64,000 bases of DNA from Squalus acanthias (Eukaryota): assembly GCA_030390025.1 (NCBI GenBank), contig CM059440.1:52390001-52454000 (forward strand). The letters run 5' to 3'. Below are positions 12,137 through 24,587 of this stretch, piece by piece. The position numbers and the translations under genes were made by a program. Below the pieces are notes generated by a model. That model ran no database searches and was not told the origin of the DNA. It saw only the letters and a program-made list of their open reading frames with translations. Position 1 is the stretch's first letter; each line of letters starts with the position of its first letter.

Positions 12137-14033
12137 AAACTAAATAGTGGGAGGGGGAGGGATATGCTGAGCGGAAATTAAAAAAGTCAAAGAAAAATGA
12201 GAAGGTAAAAGTGCAGGGTAGCGATAGGGGTAATGATAACCAGAGTGTGACAGGAAGGGACAGAGCATATACACATAAGAGTGCATCAGAAAGAGGGGTC
12301 AGAGTAGGGAAAAATGGTAAAAAGACAAAATTAAAAGCTCTATATCTGAACGCACGCAGCATTCATAACAAGATAGATGAGTTGACAGCACAAATAGAAA
12401 TAAATGGATATGATCTGATAGCCATTACAGAGACATGGTTGCAAGGTGACCAAGGCTGGGAACTGAATATTCAGGGGTATTTGCCATTTCATAAGGATAG
12501 GCAGAAAGGAAAAGGAGGTGGTGTAGCTCTGTTTGAGGGTGAGAAAGCTAGGTCTCAAACTAGTGTCCTGAACTTAAACAAAGGTAATTACAAAGTTATG
12601 AAGGCAGACTTGGTTAAAGTGGACTGGGAAAATATATTACAGGGTAAGACTGTAGAAAAGCAGTGGCAAACATTTAAGGAGATATTTCATAACTCTCAGC
12701 AAAGATATATTCCAGTGAGAAAGAAAGACTCTAAGAGATTGATGAACCATCCGTGGCTAACTAAGGAAGTAAAGGATGGTATCAAATTGAAAACAAAAGC
12801 ATACAATGTTGCAAAGAATAGTGAAAGGCCAGAGGATTGGGAAATTTTTAAAAAGCAGCAAAGGATAACTAAAAAAACGATAGAGCGAAGATAGCTTATG
12901 AGAGTAAGCTAGCAAGAAATATAAAAACAGACATTAAGAGCTTCTACAGGTATATAAAAGGAAGAGAGTAGCTAAAGTAAACATTGGTCCCCTAGAGGAT
13001 GAGTCTGGGGAATTAATAATGGGAAACAGGGAAATGGCGGAGACCTTGAACAAATATTTTGTATCGGTCTTCACGGTAGAAGACACTAAAAGCATCCCAG
13101 TAATGGATACTCAAGAGGCTATTGGGGTGGGGGGCGGAGGAACTTAAAGCAATCGCTATCACTAGAAAGTACTAGGCAAACTAATGGGACTAAAGGTGGA
13201 CAAGTCCCCATGACCCGATGGCGTGCATTCTAGCGTCTTAAAAAATGTGGCTGCAGAAATAGTGGATGCATTGGTTGTAATCTACCAAAATTCCCTGGAT
13301 TCTGGAGAGGTCCCAGCGGACTGGAAAACCGCAAATGTAATGCCCCTATTTAAGAAAGGAGGGAGACAGAAAGCAGGCAACTATAGACCAGTTAGCCTAA
13401 CATCTGTCATTGGGAAAATGCTGGAGTCCATCATTAAGGAAGTGGTAGCAGGACATTTAGAAAATCATAATATAGTCAAGCAGAGTCAGCATGGTTTTAT
13501 GAAAGGGAAATCACGTTTGACAAATTTGCTGGAGTTCTTTGAGGATGTAACGAACAGGGTGGATAAAGGGGAACCAGTAGATGTCATGTATTTGGATTTC
13601 CAGAAGGCATTCGATAAGGTGCCACATAAAAGGTTACTTCACAAGATAGGAGCTCACGGGGTTGGGGGTAATATATTAGCATGGATAGAGGATTGGCTAA
13701 CTAACAGAAAACAGAGAGTCAGGATAAATGGGTCATTTTTAGGTTGGCAAACTGTAACTAGTGGGGTGCCGCAGGGATCAGCACTGGGGCCTCAACTATT
13801 TACAATCTATATTAATGACTTGGATGAAGGGACCGAGTGTAATGTAGCCAAATTTGCGAATGATACAAAGATAGGTGGGAAAGCAAATTGTGTGGAGGAC
13901 GCAAAGAATCTCCAAAGGGATAGAGATAGGCTAAGTGAGTGGGCAAAAATCTGGCAGATGGAGTATAATGTGGGAAAATGCGAAAGAATGAGGAGAGGCA
14001 ATATAAACTAAAGGGTACAATCATAAAGGGGGT
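12137..14033 (+). mobile_element. CR1 LINE fragment with internal deletion in the endonuclease
   Basis: ORF 12211-12894 jumps from GGGVAL to the post-endonuclease linker; ORF 13223-14011 is RT (GVPQGS, FAND). Confidence 0.9.
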
Positions 14034-14035
14034 GA

Positions 14036-14185
14036 TTGTGGGAGCTTGCTGTGCGCAAATTGGCTGCCGCGTTTCCCCACATTACAACAGTGACTATACT
14101 CCAAAAAAAAGTGCTTGATTGGCTGTAAAGCGCTTTGAGACGTCCGGTGGTTGCGAAAGGCGCTGTAGAAATGCAGGTCTGTCTT
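14036..14185 (+). mobile_element. DeuSINE 3' part
   Basis: gggagcttgctgtgcgcaaattggctgcc...ggcgctgtagaaatgcagg. Confidence 0.7.
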
Positions 14186-14189
14186 GCTT

Positions 14190-14400
14190 CAACCATTCTC
14201 TGTACAAAGTTTGTGTGGGATTATTTAAGGGTATTTGTACTGTAAACTTTATTGATTTATTTGTAAAATTTTATCATTGCATTTATATTGTTAATCATGA
14301 AGCTGTTCTTAAGGCTTTATTGTTTATTGTGATCAATGAATGTAATGGTTTACTATGTAATTGATGAGTTGTATAAGTACTATTGTACTTGAATAAAATA
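14190..14400 (+). mobile_element. AT-rich retroposon 3' tail (same family as 23545-23640 and 48060-48400)
   Basis: Near reverse complement of 48210-48400; ends in gaataaaa. Confidence 0.55.
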
Positions 14401-14529
14401 TTAACCTTTCTCTGATTCTCTGGCTCCTCTTTTTATCAAACCATTAACTTAAAGGGCCTTCAAACTGTCAAAATCAAATTAAAATTTAATGCGGGTTCAC
14501 ATCTTTTGTCAACCATTGACTTAAAGGAC

Positions 14530-14925
14530 CTACAAATTAAGAAAAGCAAATTAAAATTTCGTCGGCCCGCGAGACGATGCACTCCAGTCCCCGCGGCGCC
14601 CACCTGTCCCGGAAGGCCACGAGCTTGCCGGCGGACACCGCGTGCTCCATCTCCAGGGCCACCCGGCCGCGAACATAGCCGCGGAAGAGAGGCAGGCAAT
14701 CGGGCCGGACGACCCCCTTGACCGCCCGCTGCATGGACCTATTAATGGCCACTTTGGCCAGGCCCAAGAGCAGTCCTACGAGGATGTCCTCCGACCTGCC
14801 CGCTCCCCTCCGCACCGGGTGACCGTAGATCAGGAGCGTGGGACTGAAGTGCAGACAAAAATCGAGGAGCAGCCCCTTCAAATAATGGAACAGGGGGTGC
14901 AACCTCTCGCATTCCATGTACACAT
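14530..14925 (-). mobile_element. Tx1/L1-clade LINE ORF2 C-terminal fragment
   Basis: ORF 14537-14923 (H.YMECERL...LLLGLAKVAINRS...RDRW). Confidence 0.85.
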
Positions 14926-14989
14926 GGAACAGGGGCTCCCAGATTCTCTGGCTCTCTGCTCGCGGGCCGCTGTCTGGTGTTCAGCTGGG

Positions 14990-15085
14990 CAATGACGTCA
15001 GTGTCTGGAGCGTGCCAGGTGCGTCAGTTGGCATGGAATGCGTGGTGCGTGATGACGCAGGCATTCCCTTCCAGTCTAAGAGACA
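14990..15085 (+). promoter_or_regulatory. Proximal promoter of B7-like copy 1 (CRE/ATF sites, degenerate TATA)
   Basis: TGACGTCA at 14993-15000, TGCGTCA at about 15020 and TGACGCA at about 15053; aligns to the TATA-containing promoters of copies 2 and 3. Confidence 0.5.
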
Positions 15086-17469
15086 GTCGGGTGGCGGCCG
15101 GAGCGCGGCAGAGATGAGAGGAGCCCCGAGGGTTGGGAGCTCTGTCATTGAGCTCTGCCCCGTGGAGGGCCGGCGGAATCCTCCAGAAGATGCGGGTCTT
15201 TTGCAGCTGTGGAAACTGATAAAGAAACGATTTTCACTGGTCGTCGTCTGGTCTTGTTTTGACAGCTGTCGAGGAGAGCAAAGTATGGTGAGAAGTCTGC
15301 TCGCTGTTTTGGTGGCTGTTGAATTCGGTTTGGCTCAAGGTAAGTCTTTACATGTAACTGTTTCCTTGCACACATTTGAATGAACGATCTACACAGTTTG
15401 AGGTGGTCTTTTCACCATTGAGCAATGGCCCAAAGCAATAACAGTAGTTTCACTTGTAACGTTGGGTAATTTTAATGGGCAAGATGGATAATTCCCAAGT
15501 AAACATTGTTCATGGAGCTGAAAAGAATATTTCAAAGAAACAGCCTCGTCTATTTTGTGATGTTTACTGATCATGTTGCTGCAGTTACTTTTTTATGTCC
15601 ATTTGGTGAAGTGAGGGAACCAAACTTTCTATTTCAGTAGATCACAGGAAATATCAACCCAGGAAATATCAACTCTTCAGGGGAAGAGAGAAAAAGCAGA
15701 AGCGGGGATAATTACTTCTTAGTGCTTTCCTGTCTTCAAGATTAAATCTCTTGGAACAATGCTGTTACTAATCTATTTGTTGTAATTCACAGCTCAGTTT
15801 CAAGTCCACACCCCAGAAGCACCAGTGACTGCTGTCTACGGTCAGTACACGGTGCTGAGTTGCAGCTTTACAGCTCAGGGTGAATCGTCACTGGATCTGC
15901 TGTTCATCAGTTGGCAACGTGTCGAGACGGAGGAAGTTGTTTATTATTATTCTGGAAAAGAGCAACTGAGTCGCCAAAGCCCTCGGTATTCGGGAAGGAC
16001 AAGCTTATTCCCAGAGGAGTTAAAACAAGGGAACGTTTCAGTGAAGCTGGACAGAGTGAGACCAGAGGATGCTGGACAGTACCTGTGCTTAGTCAGTAAT
16101 GCAAAACGAATTGGCCAGGGCATTGTGTCTCTAATATTTGCAGGTACATGCTTCTTTCAGTTTTCATTTTTGTTCTCAGTGCTGCAAAATTAAAGTCATG
16201 CTTCTTGGCCTCCCCTGATGGCTCAGTGAGTCTCCCCATTGAGTGCCTGACCCATACAGACCAGGTTTGATGTCCAGACTGTGCTGGTTTAGCTCCTCTC
16301 CGCTGGAGCAGTGCTATTGGTGCAATCGACACACCTCGGTTAGGGTTGGCACTCCCAATTGCTATTCAGCAAGCCCTGCCTGTGGACGGCTCCAGGATCA
16401 GGGCTGAACTGTGATGGCCTCGCAGGTGAAAAGCCCACTGATATTTACCATCAAGGGTTACGTATGATTTTGGCTGAACAGCTGCCAGCAGGATATTGTG
16501 GGATTTTCACCTTCAACTTGATCACTTGGTACAATGATTTGAATATCTCTAAATTGATCACAAACAGCAATATCTACTATTCTGTTTGTACTTGGATTTG
16601 TTGTTTTTGAGCATTTAAAGCTTTTATTGCATTATTCAATTAGTTATTAACTGGAACAAAATTCCTAGTTGGCATTATTTTTATCAAGTTTATTTCTTGT
16701 TTCTAATGACCCTTTTTAAAAAATCTACAGCATACTACAAGGAACCTGACTTTTTTTATTCAGTTAACACCATCCGGGACAGTGTTCAGATTCGAGTCCC
16801 AAGGTTACCCTGAGGCTACTGTTTCCTGGTACAATGAAGAAAATGAGGATATTTCCATACTGTCTGAGACTTCGTACCAACAAAGTGGAGATGGTCTATA
16901 CTCCCTGCAGAGTATTCTGCAAATCAGTGACACCAATAGGAGTTCGAACTACACATTCAGATTAAGAAATGATGTTCTACACCAATCAGTTTCTCGAACA
17001 TTTGGTCTTTCTGTAGGTAAGTTGTGTCCTACACTCAGTACTCATAACCTCCAGTTGTCTTGCGATACAATGCTGAATCACGACATCTTGATCTCCATGC
17101 CATTTGAAGTAAAGGAAATCTTCTTTCAGTTCTTCAGAAACTTCTGTTCCAGTCTCTGGTTCCACAAGTATAAACGGCTGCACCTTTTTAACTTTCATGG
17201 CCCTACACTTCTTGACTTATCAATGTTCTTGGCCTCACTATCTCCCAAGACCACAAATGGAGCTGCTGCATTGCTCGGCTGCTCAAAAGCTGTTTCCTCG
17301 TTTGTGCCAAACACTTCTCACCAAATACCTTTAACTCTCTATAGCTCGAGTCCTTTTGTGACTTGGATTCTGCTCCCATATTTGGGAAGACTCTCCTTAA
17401 TGTCTCCCTCGCTCCTTGGAGAGGATATAAGAAGTTCTCTCTCTATGCTGTATTGTACCCTCCACGCTA

Positions 17470-17860
17470 TGTAAACTTCAGCTCATCCAAAACCCTGCTG
17501 CCCTTCTCCTATCCTGCACTACGATCTGCTAACCCTCCCCCTGTGCTCGCTGGCCTACATTAGCTCCTGGTTACCAACGCCTCAAATTTAAAATTCTTAT
17601 CCTTGTGGTTAAGTCCCTTCATGGCCTGATCCCTCCTAATCTCTCTCTACCCTTCTCTAGCGTTACAACCCTTTGAGAACTCTGCATTGCTCCAACTCTG
17701 GCATCTTGTGAATTCCCTACTGCCATCGCCCTGCCACTGGCAGCCATCTATAGCTTGCGCTCCAGAATTCCCTGGATAAACCTCTCTCTCTCCTCCCTCT
17801 TTTAAAACTTTCCTTAAAATCCACCTCTTTGACCAAGCATTTAGTCACCCCTTCTAATAT
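17470..17860 (+). mobile_element. L2-type LINE 3' remnant in intron 3 (paralogs about 26710-27140 and 52530-53420)
   Basis: cagctcatccaaaac...ctacattagctcc...tttaaaattcttatccttgtg...ccacctctttgaccaagc. Confidence 0.6.
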
Positions 17861-17869
17861 CTCTCTTTA

Positions 17870-18043
17870 GGTGTCAGCCGTGCATCAGTGGTAGAATGTT
17901 GTGGGTTCAAGCCCAACTCCAGAGACTTGAGCACAAAAATCTAGGCTGACACTCCAGCACTGTGCTGAGGGAGTGCTGCACTGTCGGAGGTGCCGCCTTT
18001 CAGATGAGACGTTAAACCGAGGCACCGTCTGCTCTCAGGTGGA
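17870..18043 (+). mobile_element. DeuSINE 5' half, truncated by a deletion specific to copy 1
   Basis: tRNA-like head and start of the central domain; the full version is at 27155-27580. Confidence 0.7.
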
Positions 18044-19399
18044 AGTAATGCTCAATAGTTTTCTTCCTTTTTTCCACAGAAATGAAAACTGATCACGTTC
18101 TTACAAGAAATCTCTGGATGCTTGCAGTCACTGTCCTTGCTATTGAATTTATAATTTTAATTCTAGTCATAGCCGTGTGCAAGAAACGTGTTTCACTGGC
18201 AAATGGAGAGAAACAAAATGAACACGGCATTACGTGATGGATCATTCAAGAAAATACATGTGATTGGACGCTGCCCCTTCAGCCGTGAAAACCGATATTT
18301 ACTGTCGCAACATCGTGGGTTAATGCTATTCGCAGCCTTGTGCAAATGTGGACATGTCTTCTTAACCCTCACTACTAAATATCAACACACAGAATAAGAA
18401 GTGCCATCTGATTGGTCCCTTTTCTCATTTGTAACTTCCAAACTCTTATTTATTTAATACAACAGTGTTTTTTGTTCATCTTCTGCTGGACCAGGACAGC
18501 TTAATGCAATAAAGCTTTGTATTTAATTCTATTTTCTTCTTTTGTCATTGTCTCCAAGAATTGCTTTAGTTATTTTAGCACCCTGTCCTCCTTTAGTTTA
18601 ACACTTGTGCTGTGAATTTCTTCAGGCCTTCTCCCGCTCCGCCGCCATCACTTTGGAAACCCTGTTTTCCTACGTAATCTGACTGCTGCTAAAGTTAAGG
18701 CGGCACTGTGTGTGGGGGGTGGTTTGGGGGGGGTGGTGGGGTGAAGAACCCCAAAGAATTTCCTGGCAATTGTCTGTGAGCTGAGACACTGACTGAGGGT
18801 GTTTTGAGGATCAGTGTTCCACACACAGTAAACACTGGGAGCTAGAAACCGCATCCGAGTTTGATTCTTCCCCGTCAGTCTGGGGCACTAAGGGAATTGT
18901 AGCACGTTACTCCAATTAGGAATTGAATCTGGGGCCTTCTTAGTATGGCTGTTATATACTGGCTATGTCAGCTGTAGCAGCAGATGACCTCCAAAAGAAC
19001 CATGCTCTAACCCATTGCTGCTCCCACATCCTATTTTTGTGTAAAAGTAGGTGGGCTAGGAATGGCATTACTGCAAAGTACTGTTTTAAAAAGATTGCAT
19101 TGTAACACTACACAGAACTGACTTTAAATGAAGAACCTTATAAGTTTAAGGGTGAAATGGCACTCTGATGCACCTATAAGATGCAAACCCACCAGCACTA
19201 CTAACCCTACCCAGACTAAAGTGGTTACTCCATACCGGTTCCCCAGAACCACTACTGGAACCAGCAAAAAGTTCAACCTAAAGTCAAGCTTGTCTCGTCC
19301 TCTTCGATACAAGCCACACAAAGGGTGCACTTATTTGGAAATTTGTGAATCTTAGGAATTCTCTACCCCAGAGGGCTGTGGATGCTCCTCTTTTGGTTC

Positions 19400-21562
19400 A
19401 ACAAATTGACTGTAAATTAATAAAACCTTAAATAAAACTTAACAAATTAAATTAAAATTGTGTTGGCCGGGGTGATGATGCACTCCAGTCCCCACGGCGC
19501 CCACCGGTCACGGAAGGCCTCGAGCGTGCCGGCGGACACCGCGTGCTCCATCTCCAGGGCCACCCGTGCGCGAACATAGCCGCGGAAGAGAGGCAGGCAA
19601 TCGGGCCGAACGACCCCCTCGACCGCCCACTGCCTGGACCTGTTTATGGCTAATTTCGCCAGGCCCAGGAGCAGTCCCACGAGGAGGTCCCCCGATCTGC
19701 CCGCTCCCCTCCGCACCGGGTGACCAAAGATCAGGAGCGTGGGACTGAAGTGCAGCCAAAAATCGAGGAGCAGCCCCTTCAAATATTGAAAGAGGGGCTG
19801 CAACCTCTCATTCAGTGTCGATGTGGAAGACGGACTCCTCTAGGCTGCAGAAATGGCAAGCGGCCTGGGAGTCTGTAAACCTGCTTAAAATCTTATTGCA
19901 TGGGACTGCTCCGTGCAACACCCTCCAGGCCAAGTCCCCAATAGAAAAGGGGAGGACTCCCGCGTAGAGAGCCCTCCATTAGGGACCTCCGCCTCCGCCG
20001 GACGGCAAGATGGTCGTGTCCGGACGGCAGGCGAAGATGGCAAAGTGGAGAGTGTGCAGGAGCAGCCCGTACAGGAAACCCCTCCGCGCAGAACTAAAAG
20101 GCACGGAGGGCATTTACCCGAGACGGGTCAAGTTGTGAGGCGCCGGTTCCGAGAGGGGTTCCGGGGCCGCGCGCCAATGAGGAATTCCATTCGAACGGGG
20201 GTCAGTTCGGACGGGATCGCCCCACGTGCTTGAGCCTCCTCGATACACCAAGTGGAGTCGGGGCCCAGTGCTGCTTTCAGCGACTCGACGGCTTCGGCCG
20301 CGAGCCGGACGTCGGCCCAGGACAGGCGCTGCGCCAGCTCCTCTTGCACCATCCAACCCGCTCCTCTGCCATCGAGCAGGTCCCTGATTCTAGTCACCCT
20401 GCCAGGCACAGCCCTTCCCTCCGCCAGCCACCCGGACCAGCGGTCGTGGAGGGGCGGATTCCTGAACAGCGGCTCCCGAAGGACAGTCGCCATTCCTGAC
20501 GGGGGAGAACTCCGCCTGGAGGCGACGCTGTTCTAGACCCATAGCAGTTCCTGTTAGAAGACAGGCAGCTCCCACAGGTAGGCACGCGTACGGCCCAATT
20601 CCACAAACAGGAGCTGCGTGTCGTAGTTGAGGCCGTGCAGCTGACGGAAGAAATACATCGCCAGCGCACACCATCTGGGAGGATTCTCGACGTAAAGGTA
20701 TCTCTGCAGCGTCCGAAGATGGAAAGTCGCCGCCTGGGTGCGAAGGCACACCAGCGCCTGACCGCCCTCCCTAAGCGGGAGACTCAGAACCGCGGCAGAG
20801 ACCCAGTGCTTCCTTTTGTCCCAGAAGAAGTCGACGAGCTTCTTCTGCATCTTGGCGACAAACGCAGGGGGAGGGATCAAAGTGATCAACCGGTACCACA
20901 GCATGGCGGCCACCAGCTGGTTTATGACCAGCGCTCGACCCCTGTAGGATAACACTCAGAGCAGTCCTGTCCAGCGTCCTAGGCGATCGGTGGCTTTGGC
21001 CTCCAGCTCTTGCCAGTTCGCCGGCCAGGCGTCCTCGGCGGGGCTGAGGTAGACTCCCAAGTAGAGGAGGTGCATGGTGCTCCAGGCGAAGGGCCTGAAC
21101 TCCTCCGGCAGGGAGTCCACCCGCCACTGGCCCACCAGGAGTCCAGAACATTTCTCCCAATTGATCCTGGCGGAGGATGCGTCCGAGTAAATCTGCTGGC
21201 ATTCTCGCATCCTCCGCAAGTCGACGGGATCCATGACCATGAGGAGCACGTCATCAGCGTAAACCGAGAGGATGACCTCCACGCCCGGCCCTTGCAGAGC
21301 CAGTCCCGTCAACCTCTTCCGCAAGAGGCGCAGGAAAGGCTCCACGCAGACGGCGTATAACTGACTGGACATGGGGCATCCCTGGCGTACCCCACTCCCG
21401 AAGCGAAGGGGCGCCGTCAAAGACCCGTTGACTTTTATCAGTCACTCCGCGGCGGCGTACAGAAGTCTGATCCGGGCGACGAAATGCGTCCCGAACCCGA
21501 ATGCGCGCAGAGTTCCGAAAAGATACTCGTGATCCACCCTGTCGAACGCCTTCTCCTGATCC
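19400..21562 (-). mobile_element. Tx1/L1-clade LINE, 5'-truncated ORF2 (RT to C-terminal Cys/His motif)
   Basis: ORFs 20956-21420 (GVRQGCPMS, YADD), 20554-20955 (SYRGRALVINQL) and 19447-19803. Confidence 0.92.
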
Positions 21563-22075
21563 AGGTAAGTTTTTAACAAGGTAAGTGGTTAATTAATTAC
21601 AATTTAAAAAAAATTTCAACAGGTTTATCTTTTTTAGATACTTTAAAGAAAGGTAAGTTTATTTTTAGCACTGTTACAAAGTATAATTAATTTTTTCAAA
21701 AATTAAAATTTTTGTTTAAAGTAGTTAATTTATGTAACTTATAGTTATTTTAAAAATGTGATGTTTTTTTTAAAATTTATTTGAAGTTTAAGTGTGGTTT
21801 TGGGGCCGATCTCTATTCATAGATTTGACAGGTCTTCCTGTCAAATCTATGAATGAAAATGCCCTGCTAGGATTGGCTCTCCGTGGCCCACGTGATCCCA
21901 GGGGACGCTTCGAACTAACTGCGCCCCTGGGATACGCAAGCACTGCGCACCGGCAGCTGGAGGAGGCCCAGGACCCGAAGTCCTCCTGGGCCCAAAGCAC
22001 AACTGCAGGCGCGGTAGGCAAGTACGCGCGCGATGCTTGCACCCGCAGGAAGCCTGAAAGCTGAATTTCTGGCCC
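21562..22075. mobile_element. Truncated non-autonomous PIF/Harbinger-type element (right end)
   Basis: Homologous to the TIR/TSD-bounded element 62904-63645; ends aatttctggccc|att. Confidence 0.65.
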
Positions 22076-22144
22076 ATTAATTAACTCAAGATAAGGGTGA
22101 CAATCTAGTCTAACGGTTGAGCAGTCGCAAATAACATAATAAGG

Positions 22145-23290
<1,146 letters not shown>

Positions 23291-24219
23291 TCATTGTATA
23301 TCCTGAGGAAAGTGACGATATCACTCTTGCACAAGTATAATATGCGTGTCCCTACATTACAAGAGTGGTTGCACTTCAAAAGTGCTTCATTGGATGAGGT
23401 TAAAAAAAAACATTCTCTGATTGCGGGCTGAATCTTTTTTTAATTTTTTTTTTGTCGATTGGGAGATGGACTTGCATTTCTACAGCACCTTTCATGACCT
23501 CAGGATGTCCCAAAGCGCTTTACAGCCAATGAAGTACTTTTCTGAATCTTTTTATTATTCAAGTACATTAGTAATCAGTTACATAGTAAACCATTACATA
23601 CCTTGATCACAATAAAGCTTTAAAAACAGCTTTATGATTTTTTTTTCTGGGCCCTCCACACTAGCATTCCCCGCAAGCAGCCAGGGTGTGGAGCTCACCC
23701 GTTCACAAAGCACCAAGCTGGAATGAGAATCTTGCAGCCTGGGCTTCGATTTTGTCATTGGGGCGTGCTTTATGATTTTTTTTTAAGTTAATGGTCTTTT
23801 ATTGGAAAAAAAAGACTAGCATTTACAACTTGGAATGGACATAATTGTAATTTGCCGAACAGCCATGTCGTCATTGTGCTGAAGTCCTATGTAGATATAT
23901 ACTCTGACGGCTCCAAGTTATGGTACAGAACAGAAGATAAACGCGAGAGTCCAAGACACTCCCTTATCATAGGTAACTTTTTTTAAAATTCAGTGAACGG
24001 TAAATTGCCTGACATCCGTTTCACTATAGTGCAATGCAGACACGTTAACCAAGTTTTATACAGACATACCATCCATTTTTGAAATTGTTTTTAAATTAAG
24101 ATCTTCAATCCTGGTAATTGTTTTGTGAGCACACTGTTAAGTATTGCTTTATGATTATTGTGGGCTGGAGTCCAGCTGGGCAATGTGTCTGGAGCGTCTG
24201 TCGGCATGGAATGCGTGGT

Positions 24220-24245
24220 GCGTGATGACGCAGGCAGTATAAAGA
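24220..24245 (+). promoter_or_regulatory. CRE-like site and TATA box of B7-like copy 2
   Basis: TGACGCA 24226-24232 and TATAAA 24238-24243, about 180 bp upstream of the ATG. Confidence 0.55.
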
Positions 24246-24494
24246 GATGCCGGGCACAGCGCGCCAGAGACGAGCGGAGCTCCGAGGGTTGGGAGCTCTG
24301 TTCATGAGATCTGCCCCGTGGAAGCCTCCATAAGATGCGGGTTTTTTGCAGCCGTGGAAACCGATAAAGAAACGATTTTCACTGGTCGTCGTCTTGTGAC
24401 AGCTGTCGAGGAGAGCAAAGTATGGTGCGAAGTCTGCTCGCTGTTTTGGTGGCTGTTGAATTCAGTTTGGCTCAAGGTAAGTCTTTAAATGTAA

Positions 24495-24587
24495 ACAACA
24501 ACAGAAAACGCTGGAAAAACTCAGCAGGCCAGGCAACATCCGTGGAGAGAGAAACAGTTAACGTTTCAGGTCGAAACCCTTCGTCAG
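24495..24587 (-). mobile_element. 93-bp Penelope-derived insertion with hammerhead core, 15-bp TSD
   Basis: TSD AGTCTTTAAATGTAA (24480-24494 and 24588-24602); absent from copy 1; matches 1940-2035. Confidence 0.85.

Larger units (their letters stand above)
6358..12137 (+). mobile_element. One DeuSINE split into three pieces (6358-6386, 11012-11213, 11941-12137) by nested insertions
   Basis: The pieces join collinearly into the same SINE seen intact at 27155-27580 and 30440-30872. Confidence 0.75.
15285..18237 (+). pseudogene. B7-family (CD276/B7-H3-like) gene copy 1, frameshifted in the IgC exon (or a homopolymer assembly error)
   Basis: GT-AG phase-1 exons: 15285-15339 (signal), 15793-16143 (IgV), 16731-17016 (IgC), 18080-18237 (TM and tail); AATAAA 18508-18513. 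T7 at 16751-16757 versus T6 in the paralogs gives TGA at 16811-16813. Confidence 0.8.
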
